A DNA stretch of 64,000 bases. Source: an uncultured cyanobacterium (GTDB taxonomy: Bacteria > Cyanobacteriota > Cyanobacteriia > Cyanobacteriales > Nostocaceae). The notes under the pieces were generated by a model, which worked only from the letters and a program-made list of their open reading frames with translations, was not told where the DNA came from and did not search any database. The stretch spans positions 928,001-992,000 of the forward strand of contig CAVUDP010000001.1 in assembly GCA_963740315.1 (NCBI GenBank). The letters are read 5' to 3'. Made by a program: the position numbers and the translations under genes. Position 1 is the stretch's first letter. The number at the start of each line of letters is the position of its first letter. This document shows, in pieces, positions 44,087 through 54,947 of the stretch.

Positions 44087-45028
44087 ATGAGTATTACCGT
44101 CAGCATTGTGATACCAGCTTATAACGCCGAGCAGTATTTGGGTGAAACTATTGAATCGGTTTTAGCCCAGACGTTTGATGATTTTGAATTATTAATTATC
44201 GATGATGGTTCAACAGATAATACTGCTGAAATTGTCAGTAATTATAGTCTTAAAGATAATCGAGTCAAATTGATCTCGCAGGAAAATCAAGGAGTATCTA
44301 TTGCTCGCAATACAGGCATTAAAATTGCCAAAGGAGAATATATTGCTTTTTTAGATTCTGATGATAAATGGTTGCCGAATAAATTAGCCGCGCATATAGA
44401 ACATTTTGAAAAAACTCCCGATCTTGGAATTAGCTTTGCACGGGTAGAGTTTATCACTTTTGACGGTAAATCTACTAATTATTTTTCTCGATCGCGCTTA
44501 TCCAAAATTGCACCCAAACATCTATATTACGAAAATATAATAATAACTCCATCTAATGTTGTTATTCGTCGTAATATCTTCGATAATATTGCAGGTTTTG
44601 ATTCAAATCTCAGCGGCACAGAAGATGCTGAGCTATTTTTTAGAATCATATATCAAGGTTGGAAAATAGAAGGAATCGATAAAGTTTTAGTTTGTTACCG
44701 TACCAATCAAGCGGGTATATCTTCAAATCTTTATCGTATGGAAGAAGATTGGAATAAATTCAATCTCAAAATAAAAACCTATGCTCCCGAATTTGTCAAT
44801 CAACATTACAAATACGCCAAGGCTTTTTTCTTGCGTTATTTAGCACGAAAAACTGTACGCAATCAGATATCTCCTCAAGTTGGAATAGATTTTATAACTC
44901 GTGCTTTACGAAGTGATTGGAAAATTATTTTTAAGCAACCTCGAAGAACAATTCTAACCACCATCGCAGTTTGCTATAGATATCTAATCAGTAGTTTTAG
45001 TTCCACTAGAGAATATACACAAGGCTAA
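44087..45028 (+). CDS. GT2 glycosyltransferase
   Basis: IPAYN, DDGSTD and FLDSDD motifs. Confidence 0.93.
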   Translation: MSITVSIVIPAYNAEQYLGETIESVLAQTFDDFELLIIDDGSTDNTAEIVSNYSLKDNRVKLISQENQGVSIARNTGIKIAKGEYIAFLDSDDKWLPNKLAAHIEHFEKTPDLGISFARVEFITFDGKSTNYFSRSRLSKIAPKHLYYENIIITPSNVVIRRNIFDNIAGFDSNLSGTEDAELFFRIIYQGWKIEGIDKVLVCYRTNQAGISSNLYRMEEDWNKFNLKIKTYAPEFVNQHYKYAKAFFLRYLARKTVRNQISPQVGIDFITRALRSDWKIIFKQPRRTILTTIAVCYRYLISSFSSTREYTQG

Positions 45029-45117
45029 TTTTTTAGCAACTTTGAGCAAAAGTGAATCTAAAAAAGTGCGATCGCTATCTAATCATCTCGAAGTTATTAA
45101 CACCATTTTTTTTAATT

Positions 45118-46107
45118 ATGAAAAAACTATCTGTAATTATTCCCGTCTATAATGCCGAAAAATATGTTGCAGCAACAATTAAATCTGTACTGTCGCAAAC
45201 TTATGAAAACTTCGAGATTATCATCGTTGATGATGGTTCTCCCGATGGCAGTATAGGTATTTGCCAACAGTTTAAAGACTCACGAATTAAAATTATCCGT
45301 CAAGCAAATAGGGGACTTCCGGGAGCAAGAAATACAGGTATTCGTCATGCGATCGGTGATTATTTGGCTTTCCTAGATGCAGATGATATCTGGCTACCAG
45401 AAAAGCTAGAGAAACACGTCCACCACCTGAACAATTCACCCACCGTAGGAATCAGCTTTTGCTATTCAGCATTCATTAACGAAAAAGGCAATTATACAGG
45501 ACTTTTTCAAAAGCCTCGCAAGCTTTACGACATTACGCCATCATATATACTTTGTCGCAATCCGGTTGGTAATGGTTCAGTTGCTGTAATTCGACGTGAA
45601 GTTTTTGAAGATATTAAGTATCAAGATAATCTACACGGTACTGTAGAAGACTACTATTTTGATGAGCGCTTGCGTCATGCGAAAGCAGATGCAACAGATA
45701 TTGAATGCTGGTTAAGAACTTCTATTCTGACTCACTGGAGACATGAAGGAATACCAGAAGCCTTAACTTTATATCGAGTAAATTCAGGGGGACTTTCTGC
45801 TAATGCTCTAAATCAGTTAGAAGCTTTAGAAAAGGTAGTAGAAAAGACTCGTTCCTATGCTCCAGATATTATGGATTGCTGCGAAAAGGTAGCAAGGGCT
45901 TACCATTTACGCTATACGGTTCGTCGTTTGGTAAGTTTAGGCGATGGAGTCACAGCTGTGAAGTTATTTAACCAAGTTATTGCGAATCACTGGCGAATTA
46001 TTTTAGAAGAACCCGGTAAGACTGTATTAACGGGCTGTGCAGCTTATGTAGTTTGCGTACTCTATCTTTTAAGATTAGCTATCTCTAAGCCAGCAGTTTC
46101 GACTTGA
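45118..46107 (+). CDS. GT2 glycosyltransferase (tandem paralog A)
   Basis: IPVYN, DDGSPD and FLDADD motifs; ATG 45118 chosen by alignment with paralog B. Confidence 0.93.
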   Translation: MKKLSVIIPVYNAEKYVAATIKSVLSQTYENFEIIIVDDGSPDGSIGICQQFKDSRIKIIRQANRGLPGARNTGIRHAIGDYLAFLDADDIWLPEKLEKHVHHLNNSPTVGISFCYSAFINEKGNYTGLFQKPRKLYDITPSYILCRNPVGNGSVAVIRREVFEDIKYQDNLHGTVEDYYFDERLRHAKADATDIECWLRTSILTHWRHEGIPEALTLYRVNSGGLSANALNQLEALEKVVEKTRSYAPDIMDCCEKVARAYHLRYTVRRLVSLGDGVTAVKLFNQVIANHWRIILEEPGKTVLTGCAAYVVCVLYLLRLAISKPAVST

Positions 46108-46263
46108 TAAATTTCCATTTGTATATTTTGCACCTTTTCAATAATTTTCTGGTGCAACTAATTTAAAGCAATTGGAAGGATTGTTATATTGTTTATTCCT
46201 TTGGATGCGATCTAATTTAAGTTGTAATTTAATGATCGTTTTTAATGAAATTTAGTACCAAAA

Positions 46264-47241
46264 ATGAAAAAAGTATCTGTAATTATTCCCGTCTACAATG
46301 TTGAAAAATATGTTGCAGCAACAATTAAATCCGTACTGTCGCAAACCTATGAAAACTTCGAGATTATCATCGTTGATGATGGTTCTCCCGATGGCAGTAT
46401 AGGTATTTGCCAACAGTTTAAAGACTCACGAATTAAAATTATTCGTCAAAAAAATACAGGACTTGCTGGAGCAAGAAATACAGGTATTCGCCACGCGATC
46501 GGTGATTATTTGGCTTTTTTAGATGCAGATGATATTTGGCTACCAGAAAAACTTGAGAAACACGTCCACCACTTAAACAATTCACCTACAGTAGGAATCA
46601 GCTTTTGCTATTCTGCATTCATCAATGAACAAGGAAACTTCACAGGGCTTTATCAAAAACCTCGTAAACTTTACGACATCACACCATCATACGTACTTTG
46701 TCGCAATCCGGTTGGTAACGGTTCAGTACCAGTAATTCGACGTGAAGTTTTTCAAGATATCAAGTTTCAAGACAATCTACACGGTACTGTTCAAGACTAC
46801 TATTTCGATGAATGCTTACGTCGAGCTGAAGATATCGAATGCTGGTTACGAATATCAATCAAAACTCACTGGCGACATGAAGGAATTCCCGAAATACTAA
46901 CCCTTTACAGAGTTACTTCCGGTGGACTTTCTGCAAGCGCTCTCAAACAGTTAGAAGCTTTAGAAAAGGTAGTAGAAAAAACTCGTTCCTATGCTCCAGA
47001 TATCATTTGTCACTGTGAAAAGATTGCAAAGGCTTATCATTTACGTTACACAGTTCGTCGTTTAGTCAGCTTGGGTAATGGGTTAACAGCAGTCAAGCTA
47101 TTCAATCAAGTTATTACTAATCACTGGCGCATTCTACTTGAAGAACCAGGTAAGACTTTCATCACTGGTATTGCAGCTTACTTGCTCTTTTTGTTATATC
47201 CTTTTAAAGCTACTTTCCGTAAGTCGGAAGTATCAGCTTGA
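46264..47241 (+). CDS. GT2 glycosyltransferase (tandem paralog B)
   Basis: Near-identical to paralog A over long stretches. Confidence 0.93.
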   Translation: MKKVSVIIPVYNVEKYVAATIKSVLSQTYENFEIIIVDDGSPDGSIGICQQFKDSRIKIIRQKNTGLAGARNTGIRHAIGDYLAFLDADDIWLPEKLEKHVHHLNNSPTVGISFCYSAFINEQGNFTGLYQKPRKLYDITPSYVLCRNPVGNGSVPVIRREVFQDIKFQDNLHGTVQDYYFDECLRRAEDIECWLRISIKTHWRHEGIPEILTLYRVTSGGLSASALKQLEALEKVVEKTRSYAPDIICHCEKIAKAYHLRYTVRRLVSLGNGLTAVKLFNQVITNHWRILLEEPGKTFITGIAAYLLFLLYPFKATFRKSEVSA

Positions 47242-47299
47242 GTGAAACTGCTTTGTAATTCACCGCAAACTTCTCAACAAAAATCATCAACTTTACAAA

Positions 47300-48394
47300 A
47301 TGAAACTTAACAGCAGATTGGATCGAAGAATTACAACATTTATTGATTCCTTACCCCGTGGGAGAAACTTTACGATCAAAATTGCCCGATCGCTACGTAA
47401 GGAAAGATTAACTTGGGATCCTTGGATTCTTAAAGATGATGATATTTATCGGCTGTATTATTTAGCTGGTGCGAAAGTTATAGATCCTCGCGCCCCTTGG
47501 TGGACAGAAGCCTCAATTTATGGTGCTATTTCTAATGATTTAAAACATTGGCAAGATGTGGGAGCCATACTTGAACCCGATCCAACTAATCCATTGGAAT
47601 CTCAAAGAATGCTTGCTGGTTCTACCTACAAAGAGAATGGTATTTATTACCTGTTCTACTCCGCAGCAGGTAAAAATGATATGTGGAATGAAGAGATTAG
47701 GGTTTCTTTATCTACTGATGCTATCCACTGGGAACGCCAGTCAAATCACGCTCTTTTTGTAAATTTGGATGAGCGCGATCGCTGGTACGGTAAATATAAT
47801 TTCATCGAAAATGGAGAGACAATCGCCCATCGCCATTGGCGCGATCCTTACATAGTCAAGGATGAAGTTACTGGCAATTACTATATGTTTATTTGTGCTG
47901 CTTCAAAAGAATTGGCAGCTACCCAGTTTTGCGGTTGTATTGCTCTAGCAGTAGCTAAAAGCATAGGTGGACCTTACACAATCTTACCTCCTGCTTGTAT
48001 GCCAAAATTCGATCGTACTAGTGAATCAATTTATACAGAAATTGAGCGACCGCAGGTTATTTATCAAAATGGTAAATATCATTTGTTTTTCTCTTGCTGG
48101 CCTCATCGGATAAATCCAAAATGGCTTAAGCAATTTGGTTCCGAAAGAATTACTCAATCTTCGCTATATTGGTATATTGCTGACGAAATTACAGGACCGT
48201 TTAAAGCTGTTAGTGAAAAACCTATTGTGATGGGCAGTGAAAAAACAGGTATGTATGGAACAAACTTTTTTCCATCGCCAAATAATCCTCAAGAATTCAT
48301 TGCTATTGGTTGGTATCACAAATTACTTTCATTAGGAGTTTCACCATCATTGTTTCCTGTTGTATGGAATCATGAATCAGTTGAAATTAAATAA
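47300..48394 (+). CDS. Clan GH-J (GH32/GH68)-like five-bladed beta-propeller glycoside hydrolase
   Basis: WDPW, AGS, WRDP and EIERP catalytic-type motifs. Confidence 0.8.
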   Translation: MKLNSRLDRRITTFIDSLPRGRNFTIKIARSLRKERLTWDPWILKDDDIYRLYYLAGAKVIDPRAPWWTEASIYGAISNDLKHWQDVGAILEPDPTNPLESQRMLAGSTYKENGIYYLFYSAAGKNDMWNEEIRVSLSTDAIHWERQSNHALFVNLDERDRWYGKYNFIENGETIAHRHWRDPYIVKDEVTGNYYMFICAASKELAATQFCGCIALAVAKSIGGPYTILPPACMPKFDRTSESIYTEIERPQVIYQNGKYHLFFSCWPHRINPKWLKQFGSERITQSSLYWYIADEITGPFKAVSEKPIVMGSEKTGMYGTNFFPSPNNPQEFIAIGWYHKLLSLGVSPSLFPVVWNHESVEIK

Positions 48395-48405
48395 TTTTCT
48401 CTACA

Positions 48406-48515
48406 AAAGCTTACCATCTGCGTTACACAGTTCGTCGCTTGAATAATAGCGATCCAATAACTGCCTTTAAGTTATTCAAGCAAGTGCTTGTACATTTTAC
48501 TAGAAAAATTCGATA
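48406..48515 (+). pseudogene. 3' relic of a third GT2 paralog
   Basis: Translates as KAYHLRYTVRRLNNSDPITAFKLFKQV, versus KAYHLRYTVRRLVSLGNGLTAVKLFNQV in paralog B. Confidence 0.85.
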
Positions 48516-48626
48516 ACTAACATCCTGCAAAAAATTATTGAAAAAAACTACCTAATTTATATCATCATGCTCGATGCAGTAAACCCGAACAATTATGTTG
48601 GTTAATTTATATTGAATGAAAACATC

Positions 48627-49481
48627 ATGAATCCAGTTAATTTACTCAATCTAAATATTGATAATATTACTATGTTGGAGCTTTTAGAAAAGCTTCGATT
48701 TGGTGGTGTTGTATTTACTCCAAATGTAGATCATTTAATGAAAATGCAGAAGAATTCTGAATTTTATCTTGCTTATCAAAAAGCTGACTATATAGTTTGC
48801 GATAGTAAATTACTTGTATACGCTTCCAATTTTTTAGGTACTCCTATTCAAGAAAAAATATCTGGTTCTGACTTTTTCCCTGCTTTTTATAATTATTACA
48901 AACACGACGAGCAAATAAAAATATTTTTATTAGGAGGTTTGGGAAAAACGGCAGAAATCGCTCAACATAAAATAAATTCAAAGGTTGGTAGAGATATCAT
49001 TGTGGCAACTTATTCACCTCCCTTTGGGTTTGAAAACGATTGCCAAGAATGTCAAAAAATTGTTGAATTAATTAACCAGACAAAAGCAACTGTTCTCGCT
49101 ATAGGTGTCGGTGCCCCAAAACAAGAATTGTGGCTTTATAAGTTTAAAGATTGATTACAATACGTCAAAATTTTCTTAGCTATCGGTGCAACTATTAACT
49201 TTGAGGCTGGTCATATGAAGCGTGCGCCAAAATGGATGAGCGAAGTTGGTTTAGAATGGTTTCACAGACTTTTATCTGAACCTCAGCGGCTGATAAAAAG
49301 ATATTTACTTGATGATTTACCATTCTTCTGGTTAGTTCTAAAACAGAAATTTAGACTTTATAAAAATCCTTTGTCGCAATTTCGGCAATATCAGATTAAC
49401 ATGAGTTCAAAAAAACTCGATCGCAGTAAGTCTTATATCTTGAACCTTAAAAGTAATTCAGCAAAAAATGATGCAAGATAA
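48627..49481 (+). pseudogene. WecB/TagA/CpsF (GT26) glycosyltransferase interrupted by an in-frame TGA
   Basis: TPNVDH, GSD and GAPKQE, then TGA at 49152-49154, then in-frame LQYVKIFLAIGATINFEAGHMKRAPKWM..GLEW. Confidence 0.88.
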
Positions 49482-49663
49482 CTGACGAAACTGATATCGC
49501 CTTTTTTACCCGTTCCCTATATCCTGTTATAACTATTTAATGCCCCATCTAGTTCATCTACTACTTATACGTTTATAGCGAATGCTCGTTAAATCAAATT
49601 AAATTATTTGATTTCTTTAGAGGATATACATGATAATTTATATTAGTTATCAAGGTCTTCAGG

Positions 49664-50362
49664 ATGAGTGCAAATACCAACTTTAGTAGAATATCTTTGA
49701 AAGAAAGATTGCTCACTACTCTTTTTGGAGGTATCCCGAATATTTTTTTCGGGAAAAAGTTGAGAAGCTTAGTTTATCGTAGCCTTTTGAGTGGAATAGG
49801 TCGATCGGTCAACATTCAACATTTTGTCGAGCTGATTGGAACTCCTTGTATTGAAATTGGCGATCGAGTAAGTCTGTTGAAAGGAGTGCAAATAAACGCT
49901 TTAGGACATCCAAATAACAAAGTATATATAAAGGATCGCGTTAGATTAGAGCGGGGTGTTGATATTCGAGCGCTGCACGATACACACATCATTATTGATG
50001 AAGATGCATATATCGGTCCCTATGTCATTATTACTGGTACGGGAGATATTAGAATTGGGAAAAACTGTCTAATTGCACCGCATTGTGGAATATTTGCGAA
50101 CAATCACATTTTTACAGATCCTACCCGAACAATTGAAGAACAAGGGTTAACTCGTAAGGGAATTGTAATTGAAGATGATTGTTGGTTAGGGCATAACGTC
50201 ACGGTATTAGATGGAGTAATTATTGGAAAAGGAAGTATTATCGGTGCAGGTTCTGTAGTTAGCAAGAACATTCCTGCTTTTTCTATAGCAGTAGGAACAC
50301 CTGCAAGAATCATCAAAAACCGTCTCGATAAACAAACGGTAAACTTCTCGTCACAACTATAA
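49664..50362 (+). CDS. Hexapeptide-repeat (LbH) O-acyltransferase
   Basis: IFANNH, IEDDCWLG and IGAGSVV...AVGTPAR motifs. Confidence 0.9.
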   Translation: MSANTNFSRISLKERLLTTLFGGIPNIFFGKKLRSLVYRSLLSGIGRSVNIQHFVELIGTPCIEIGDRVSLLKGVQINALGHPNNKVYIKDRVRLERGVDIRALHDTHIIIDEDAYIGPYVIITGTGDIRIGKNCLIAPHCGIFANNHIFTDPTRTIEEQGLTRKGIVIEDDCWLGHNVTVLDGVIIGKGSIIGAGSVVSKNIPAFSIAVGTPARIIKNRLDKQTVNFSSQL

Positions 50363-50452
50363 TTATCACCGCAAATGCAAACACAAAGCTCTTTTGTGTA
50401 GATGCACCCTCTCAAAATGGATGGCTTAAGGCTATCGCCATCCACCACGGGG

Positions 50453-51532
50453 TTATCTCATAAGTAGGTTTGATAAAAAACGGGAGTAACCGTTCTTTTC
50501 AAACTTCTTACCCATCACTTTCCGATAAACATCTAAGTAACCATCTACCATACTTCTGATGCTGAAGTTCTGCTCGACATGAGCGCGACATTCGCTTCTA
50601 TCTATTTCTCCCAAACGTTGAATAGCATTAACAAAATCATCAACGCTATTGCACAAGAAGCCTGTTTTACCGTTTGCAATTACTTCCGGTACCGAACCCA
50701 TTGGAGTGGCTAATACAGGAGTTCCCGCAGCCATCGATTCTGTCATTACTAGCCCGAAAGGTTCGCGCCAAGTTATCGGAAACAACATCGCGATCGCACC
50801 ACCTAAAAGTTCGTTTTTCTCGAAGTGGTTAGCTTCGCCTAAATATTCTATGTTCTTACCATCAATATGGGGCTTAATTTTGCTTTCAAAATAGTCCACA
50901 TCAACTCTATCGACTTTACCAGCCATCTTTAGAGGTATGCCGGATTTCTGAGCAATTTCGATCGCTATGTGAGTTCCTTTTTCCGGAGAGATCCGCCCTA
51001 AAAATGCTAAATAGGGAGAACTCTGCGATTCGGCATAAAAACGGTGGCTTTCAGTATCGATACCGTTATACACCGTTGCAGCGTAATTTAACTCTTTTAA
51101 AGGTTGGCGTTGAGCATCTGAAATGCTTACATATGGTTGCTCGCGAGCTTCCGAAAAAATCTGCTTTGTGTCTGAATTGAAAGCACCGTGTAGGGTATGT
51201 ACCGTTGGAGTTTCAACAAAACCAGCATGAAAAAGAGAATTATAGCCGACGTGAGAGTGAATTACATCAAAGTTACCAGCTTGCTTATAAACTCGACTTA
51301 ATTGTAAAGCTTCATAGGCAGAATACTCTGTTATAGAAGGTTCTAGACGAAAAGCGCGGGGATAGACAGACTTTAACTTTGCCAAAGTCATTGAGTCTCC
51401 CGAAGCGAACAAAGTCACCTCATGTCCTCGTCGGACTAATTCATCAGTTAACAATCCTACGACCAACTCAACACCGCCATAACCGGGGGGAGGTACTCTC
51501 TCCCACAGTGGTGCAATTTGAGCTATTCGCAT
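50453..51532 (-). CDS. GT4 glycosyltransferase
   Basis: VPPPGYGG, GRISPEKG and EPFGLVMTESMAAGTPV motifs. Confidence 0.94.
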   Translation of the reverse strand: MRIAQIAPLWERVPPPGYGGVELVVGLLTDELVRRGHEVTLFASGDSMTLAKLKSVYPRAFRLEPSITEYSAYEALQLSRVYKQAGNFDVIHSHVGYNSLFHAGFVETPTVHTLHGAFNSDTKQIFSEAREQPYVSISDAQRQPLKELNYAATVYNGIDTESHRFYAESQSSPYLAFLGRISPEKGTHIAIEIAQKSGIPLKMAGKVDRVDVDYFESKIKPHIDGKNIEYLGEANHFEKNELLGGAIAMLFPITWREPFGLVMTESMAAGTPVLATPMGSVPEVIANGKTGFLCNSVDDFVNAIQRLGEIDRSECRAHVEQNFSIRSMVDGYLDVYRKVMGKKFEKNGYSRFLSNLLMR

Positions 51533-52509
51533 ATAAATCTCCTAAAGTTTTTGTAATCAACTGTAACGAAGCGAGCCAGATATACTCAACTACCCCAGGA
51601 TAGGGATATATTTACCTATATTCACCCTAAGAGGTACACAACTAAAAAAAACCGTTTCAAGAGTATATATCTAGCAATTTAATTTCAGTTGTTGAACATA
51701 ACATTGTTGGACGAGAAGTTTAATTAATTAAAAAGAGCCTTAACGAGCAGTCCCTGAGATTACTTCAATCGAGTAGCTTTTTCGTCTAGCTTTGGCGATC
51801 CCTCTAAAGTGTCTCGGCATACAATTCACCTTGATTATACGCGAAAATCTCGAAAAAGTTTTGCTAGTTTGATTACATTCTTTTCCAAAATGCACTCTCC
51901 AAGCGTCATACAAAGTTTTTTTGATTTTCACTTTTAATTTAAAGACGAGAAACTTTTATGTAAATAGTCATAAACACTACAAGCATGGTAGTATAAACCG
52001 CACCTTGCTTATTTTAATAAAAATTTAATATTTAGTTTCAAAATAAAGATATAGGACGAATAAAAAATTATATTTTAATACTGAGGAAAAGCTTTTGAAG
52101 ATAATTCCACCCGTGAGTTTGCGAGAAAAATTTATAGATTGTATTGCAATTCAAGGATGTAATAGAGTTAAATAACAAACATACTCTATTTAAAAATCTA
52201 ATCTGATTGTAATATCTATATATATTATACTTATAATATACTTACTTTTAATATAATAAGTTTATATTATGTAAAATATACCTATGTAATTTGACTGAGA
52301 ATCGCAACTGAAAATTTTTATTGTAATTCATGATAATTAAAATAGAAAAATACCCGCTTTTAGTAGGTATTAACATAACAAAACTATGAATTAAAGAGTT
52401 AGTTTCTGCTCTAATTTTTACAAGGAATAGAAATTAATTGCGTAAACAAAAAAAACGATTTTGCAAGCGGTAGATAACATAGTTTTAGGAATGAATTTTT
52501 AACCCCTCC

Positions 52510-53304
52510 ATGTCCGATAAATCAAGCAAACAACCACTTATAACATTGCTCAGCGATTTCGGGATTAGCGATGAGTACGTTGCGGTAATGAAAGGTGCGA
52601 TCGCGCAAATTAACCCGGCGTTGAGAATAGTTGACATAACCCATCAAATTCCACCGCAAAACATCGCCGCAGCCAGATTTTGTTTGATGAATGCTATAGA
52701 TTATTTCCCTAGAGGTACCGTACATGTAGCGGTGGTAGATCCTGGGGTGGGGGGAAAGCGGAGAGCAGTTGCTGTAGAATTAGCGCAAGGAATTTTAGTT
52801 GCTCCGGATAATGGTTTGCTCGGTGGAGTTTTGAGTCAAAATTCTGTTATTTCGGCAGTAGAATTAACAAATCCAGAATATTGGCTGACATCTCAACCCA
52901 GCATTACCTTCCACGGTAGAGATATTTTTGCACCCGTGGGAGCGCATCTAGCTAGCGGCGTATTTTTACAAGAATTGGGAAGGGAGATAAATCCTGATAG
53001 TTTGGTTAAGTTGGATTTAGCCGAATGCACTTACAAAGATGGTGCGGGAGCGGGCTGCATTCAATATATCGACCATTTCGGAAATTTAGTAACCAACATT
53101 CCTCAAAGTTATATAGAAGGTAATGATTGGAGTGTAGAAGTAAGAGGGAAGAAAATAAAGGCGCGGCAAACTTATTCAAACGTGAAAGTGGGAGAATTAA
53201 TTGCACTTGTTGGTAGTCACGGTTGGGTAGAAATTGCCGTAAATAGCGGAAATGCAAAGTTAGAATTAGGCGCAGAATTAGGCTCGGAAGTGCAAATTAG
53301 TTAA
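52510..53304 (+). CDS. SAM hydrolase / SAM-dependent halogenase family (DUF62)
   Basis: LLSDFG, VVDPGVG, TFHGRDIF and IDHFGN motifs. Confidence 0.93.
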   Translation: MSDKSSKQPLITLLSDFGISDEYVAVMKGAIAQINPALRIVDITHQIPPQNIAAARFCLMNAIDYFPRGTVHVAVVDPGVGGKRRAVAVELAQGILVAPDNGLLGGVLSQNSVISAVELTNPEYWLTSQPSITFHGRDIFAPVGAHLASGVFLQELGREINPDSLVKLDLAECTYKDGAGAGCIQYIDHFGNLVTNIPQSYIEGNDWSVEVRGKKIKARQTYSNVKVGELIALVGSHGWVEIAVNSGNAKLELGAELGSEVQIS

Positions 53305-53473
53305 TATTAGTTAATAATTAACCGTATTGTAGACTTTTTCTATCCTAACGGAAGATTTATATATATTGTTTCTCTGATAATAATAGATATATAAACAATT
53401 AACTCGCGTCAAACATTTATGTTATCTGTCGCGTATGAGATAGATATTAAAAGTAGCTAATGCAATAAAATCT

Positions 53474-54370
53474 ATGAAAATCGGTAACTTTTTAAAATAC
53501 TCATTTTTGGGAATATTCGGGATATTAGGTGTTTTAATTATTTGGGGATTAATTGAACCAAAATTTCTTGACGTAGAAGAAGAGACAGCCATAATTCCTA
53601 ATCTTCCACCTGCTTGGGAAGGAAAACGTATCGGTCAGGTGACTGATTTTCAAGTAGGAATGTGGTTAGATAATACTGGTACCATGCGTCGTAGTATTGA
53701 AAAACTTGTAGAAGAAAAACCCGCAGCAGTGTTAATTAGCGGCGATTTTCTATATCATTCCTTGCCAAATGCATCAGAAGAAATTAGTAAAGTTACCAAC
53801 GCAATTCAACCATTAATTAAAGCTAATATTCCTACTTATGCCGTGTTAGGCAATCATGACTACAGCCATAAACCACCCATACCAGAACTTGGAAAACAGG
53901 TAACTAGCGCTTTAGAAGGAATAGGTGTAAAAGTATTAAAGAATCAAGCAGTTAAAATTGATTCACCTGCTGTGAAAGCAAATAATCAACCGCTTTATTT
54001 AGTTGGCATTGGTGCTTACATTGCTAATAATTCCGACGTTAAGAAAGCTTTATCAGAAGTTCCTAATAATAGCCCTCGTGTAGTTATGATGCACAATCCC
54101 GCATCCTTTGCAGCATTTCCACCTCAAACTGCACCTCTTGCTGTGGCAGGGCATACTCATGGCGGTCAAATTCGGGTACCATTTACACCACAATGGTCTT
54201 GGATATCGTTAGTTAAAGGTGAAGAAGTGTATGGTGATGGTTGGATTAAAAAAGATTACGGGGAACCAGGTAATAATCTTTATGTGAATCGCGGTATCGG
54301 ATTCAGCGATATTCCTATCAGAATCAACTGCCCTCCGGAAGTGACATTATTTACATTGCGTTCCCGTTAG
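53474..54370 (+). CDS. Membrane-anchored metallophosphoesterase
   Basis: GD, GNHD, HNP and GHTHGGQ motifs. Confidence 0.92.
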   Translation: MKIGNFLKYSFLGIFGILGVLIIWGLIEPKFLDVEEETAIIPNLPPAWEGKRIGQVTDFQVGMWLDNTGTMRRSIEKLVEEKPAAVLISGDFLYHSLPNASEEISKVTNAIQPLIKANIPTYAVLGNHDYSHKPPIPELGKQVTSALEGIGVKVLKNQAVKIDSPAVKANNQPLYLVGIGAYIANNSDVKKALSEVPNNSPRVVMMHNPASFAAFPPQTAPLAVAGHTHGGQIRVPFTPQWSWISLVKGEEVYGDGWIKKDYGEPGNNLYVNRGIGFSDIPIRINCPPEVTLFTLRSR

Positions 54371-54604
54371 AATTAATATATTGGGACTTACGCAACAGTA
54401 AAAATAAAAATATTATTCTAGGTTTGACCATCTTCCAATTCAGGGAGAATGGTCAATTTATTGAAGTTGAAATAATTTATATTTGGTCAGATACAATCGA
54501 AGCAAGTCAAATCAATCATTTAGAAATTATTATAGGTAAAACGTAAAACATTGATAACTTCTCAATCTGTTTTATGATTGGTGTATAAAAATATTAGTTT
54601 TCCA

Positions 54605-54769
54605 ATGGACAACCAAGTAATCATTAAAATTTTGCAAAGAGCGATTTCGAGCATTCGCAAAAATAGAAGCGATGATGCTATCAATCAATTACAGCAACTG
54701 ATAATGGAATTAGAAAGAAGAGTAAAAGAAGATGATTATCAAAATGATTTACCCGCAGAGCGCAACTGA
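54605..54769 (+). CDS. Small hypothetical protein
   Basis: Short amphipathic ORF (54 aa). Confidence 0.4.
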   Translation: MDNQVIIKILQRAISSIRKNRSDDAINQLQQLIMELERRVKEDDYQNDLPAERN

Positions 54770-54947
54770 AACTGAAGAGTAATTTTTACGGTAGGGCACT
54801 AAGAGTGAGGCTTCCCTTGTAGATGATGCGTTACCACAACAAATATATAACCCACAGTTAAGTTGATATTCCCTTTTAAGTGATAGGTAGAGCTTCCCCA
54901 AATTCGAGCTAACATAACTAAAGACGATAGGAGAATAGTTTATAAAT

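Noticed and set aside
49152..49154. Selenocysteine recoding of the TGA
   Set aside because: The position is not a catalytic Cys in GT26 enzymes and no SECIS-like hairpin is evident downstream.
51740..51931. 63-aa ORF or structured leader upstream of the GT4 gene
   Set aside because: No motif, ribosome-binding site or convincing fold.
52510..53304. Fluorinase/chlorinase natural-product gene
   Set aside because: Retains the Asp/Arg/His residues typical of DUF62 SAM hydrolases (SDFG, GGKRR, TFHGRD) and has no biosynthetic cluster context.
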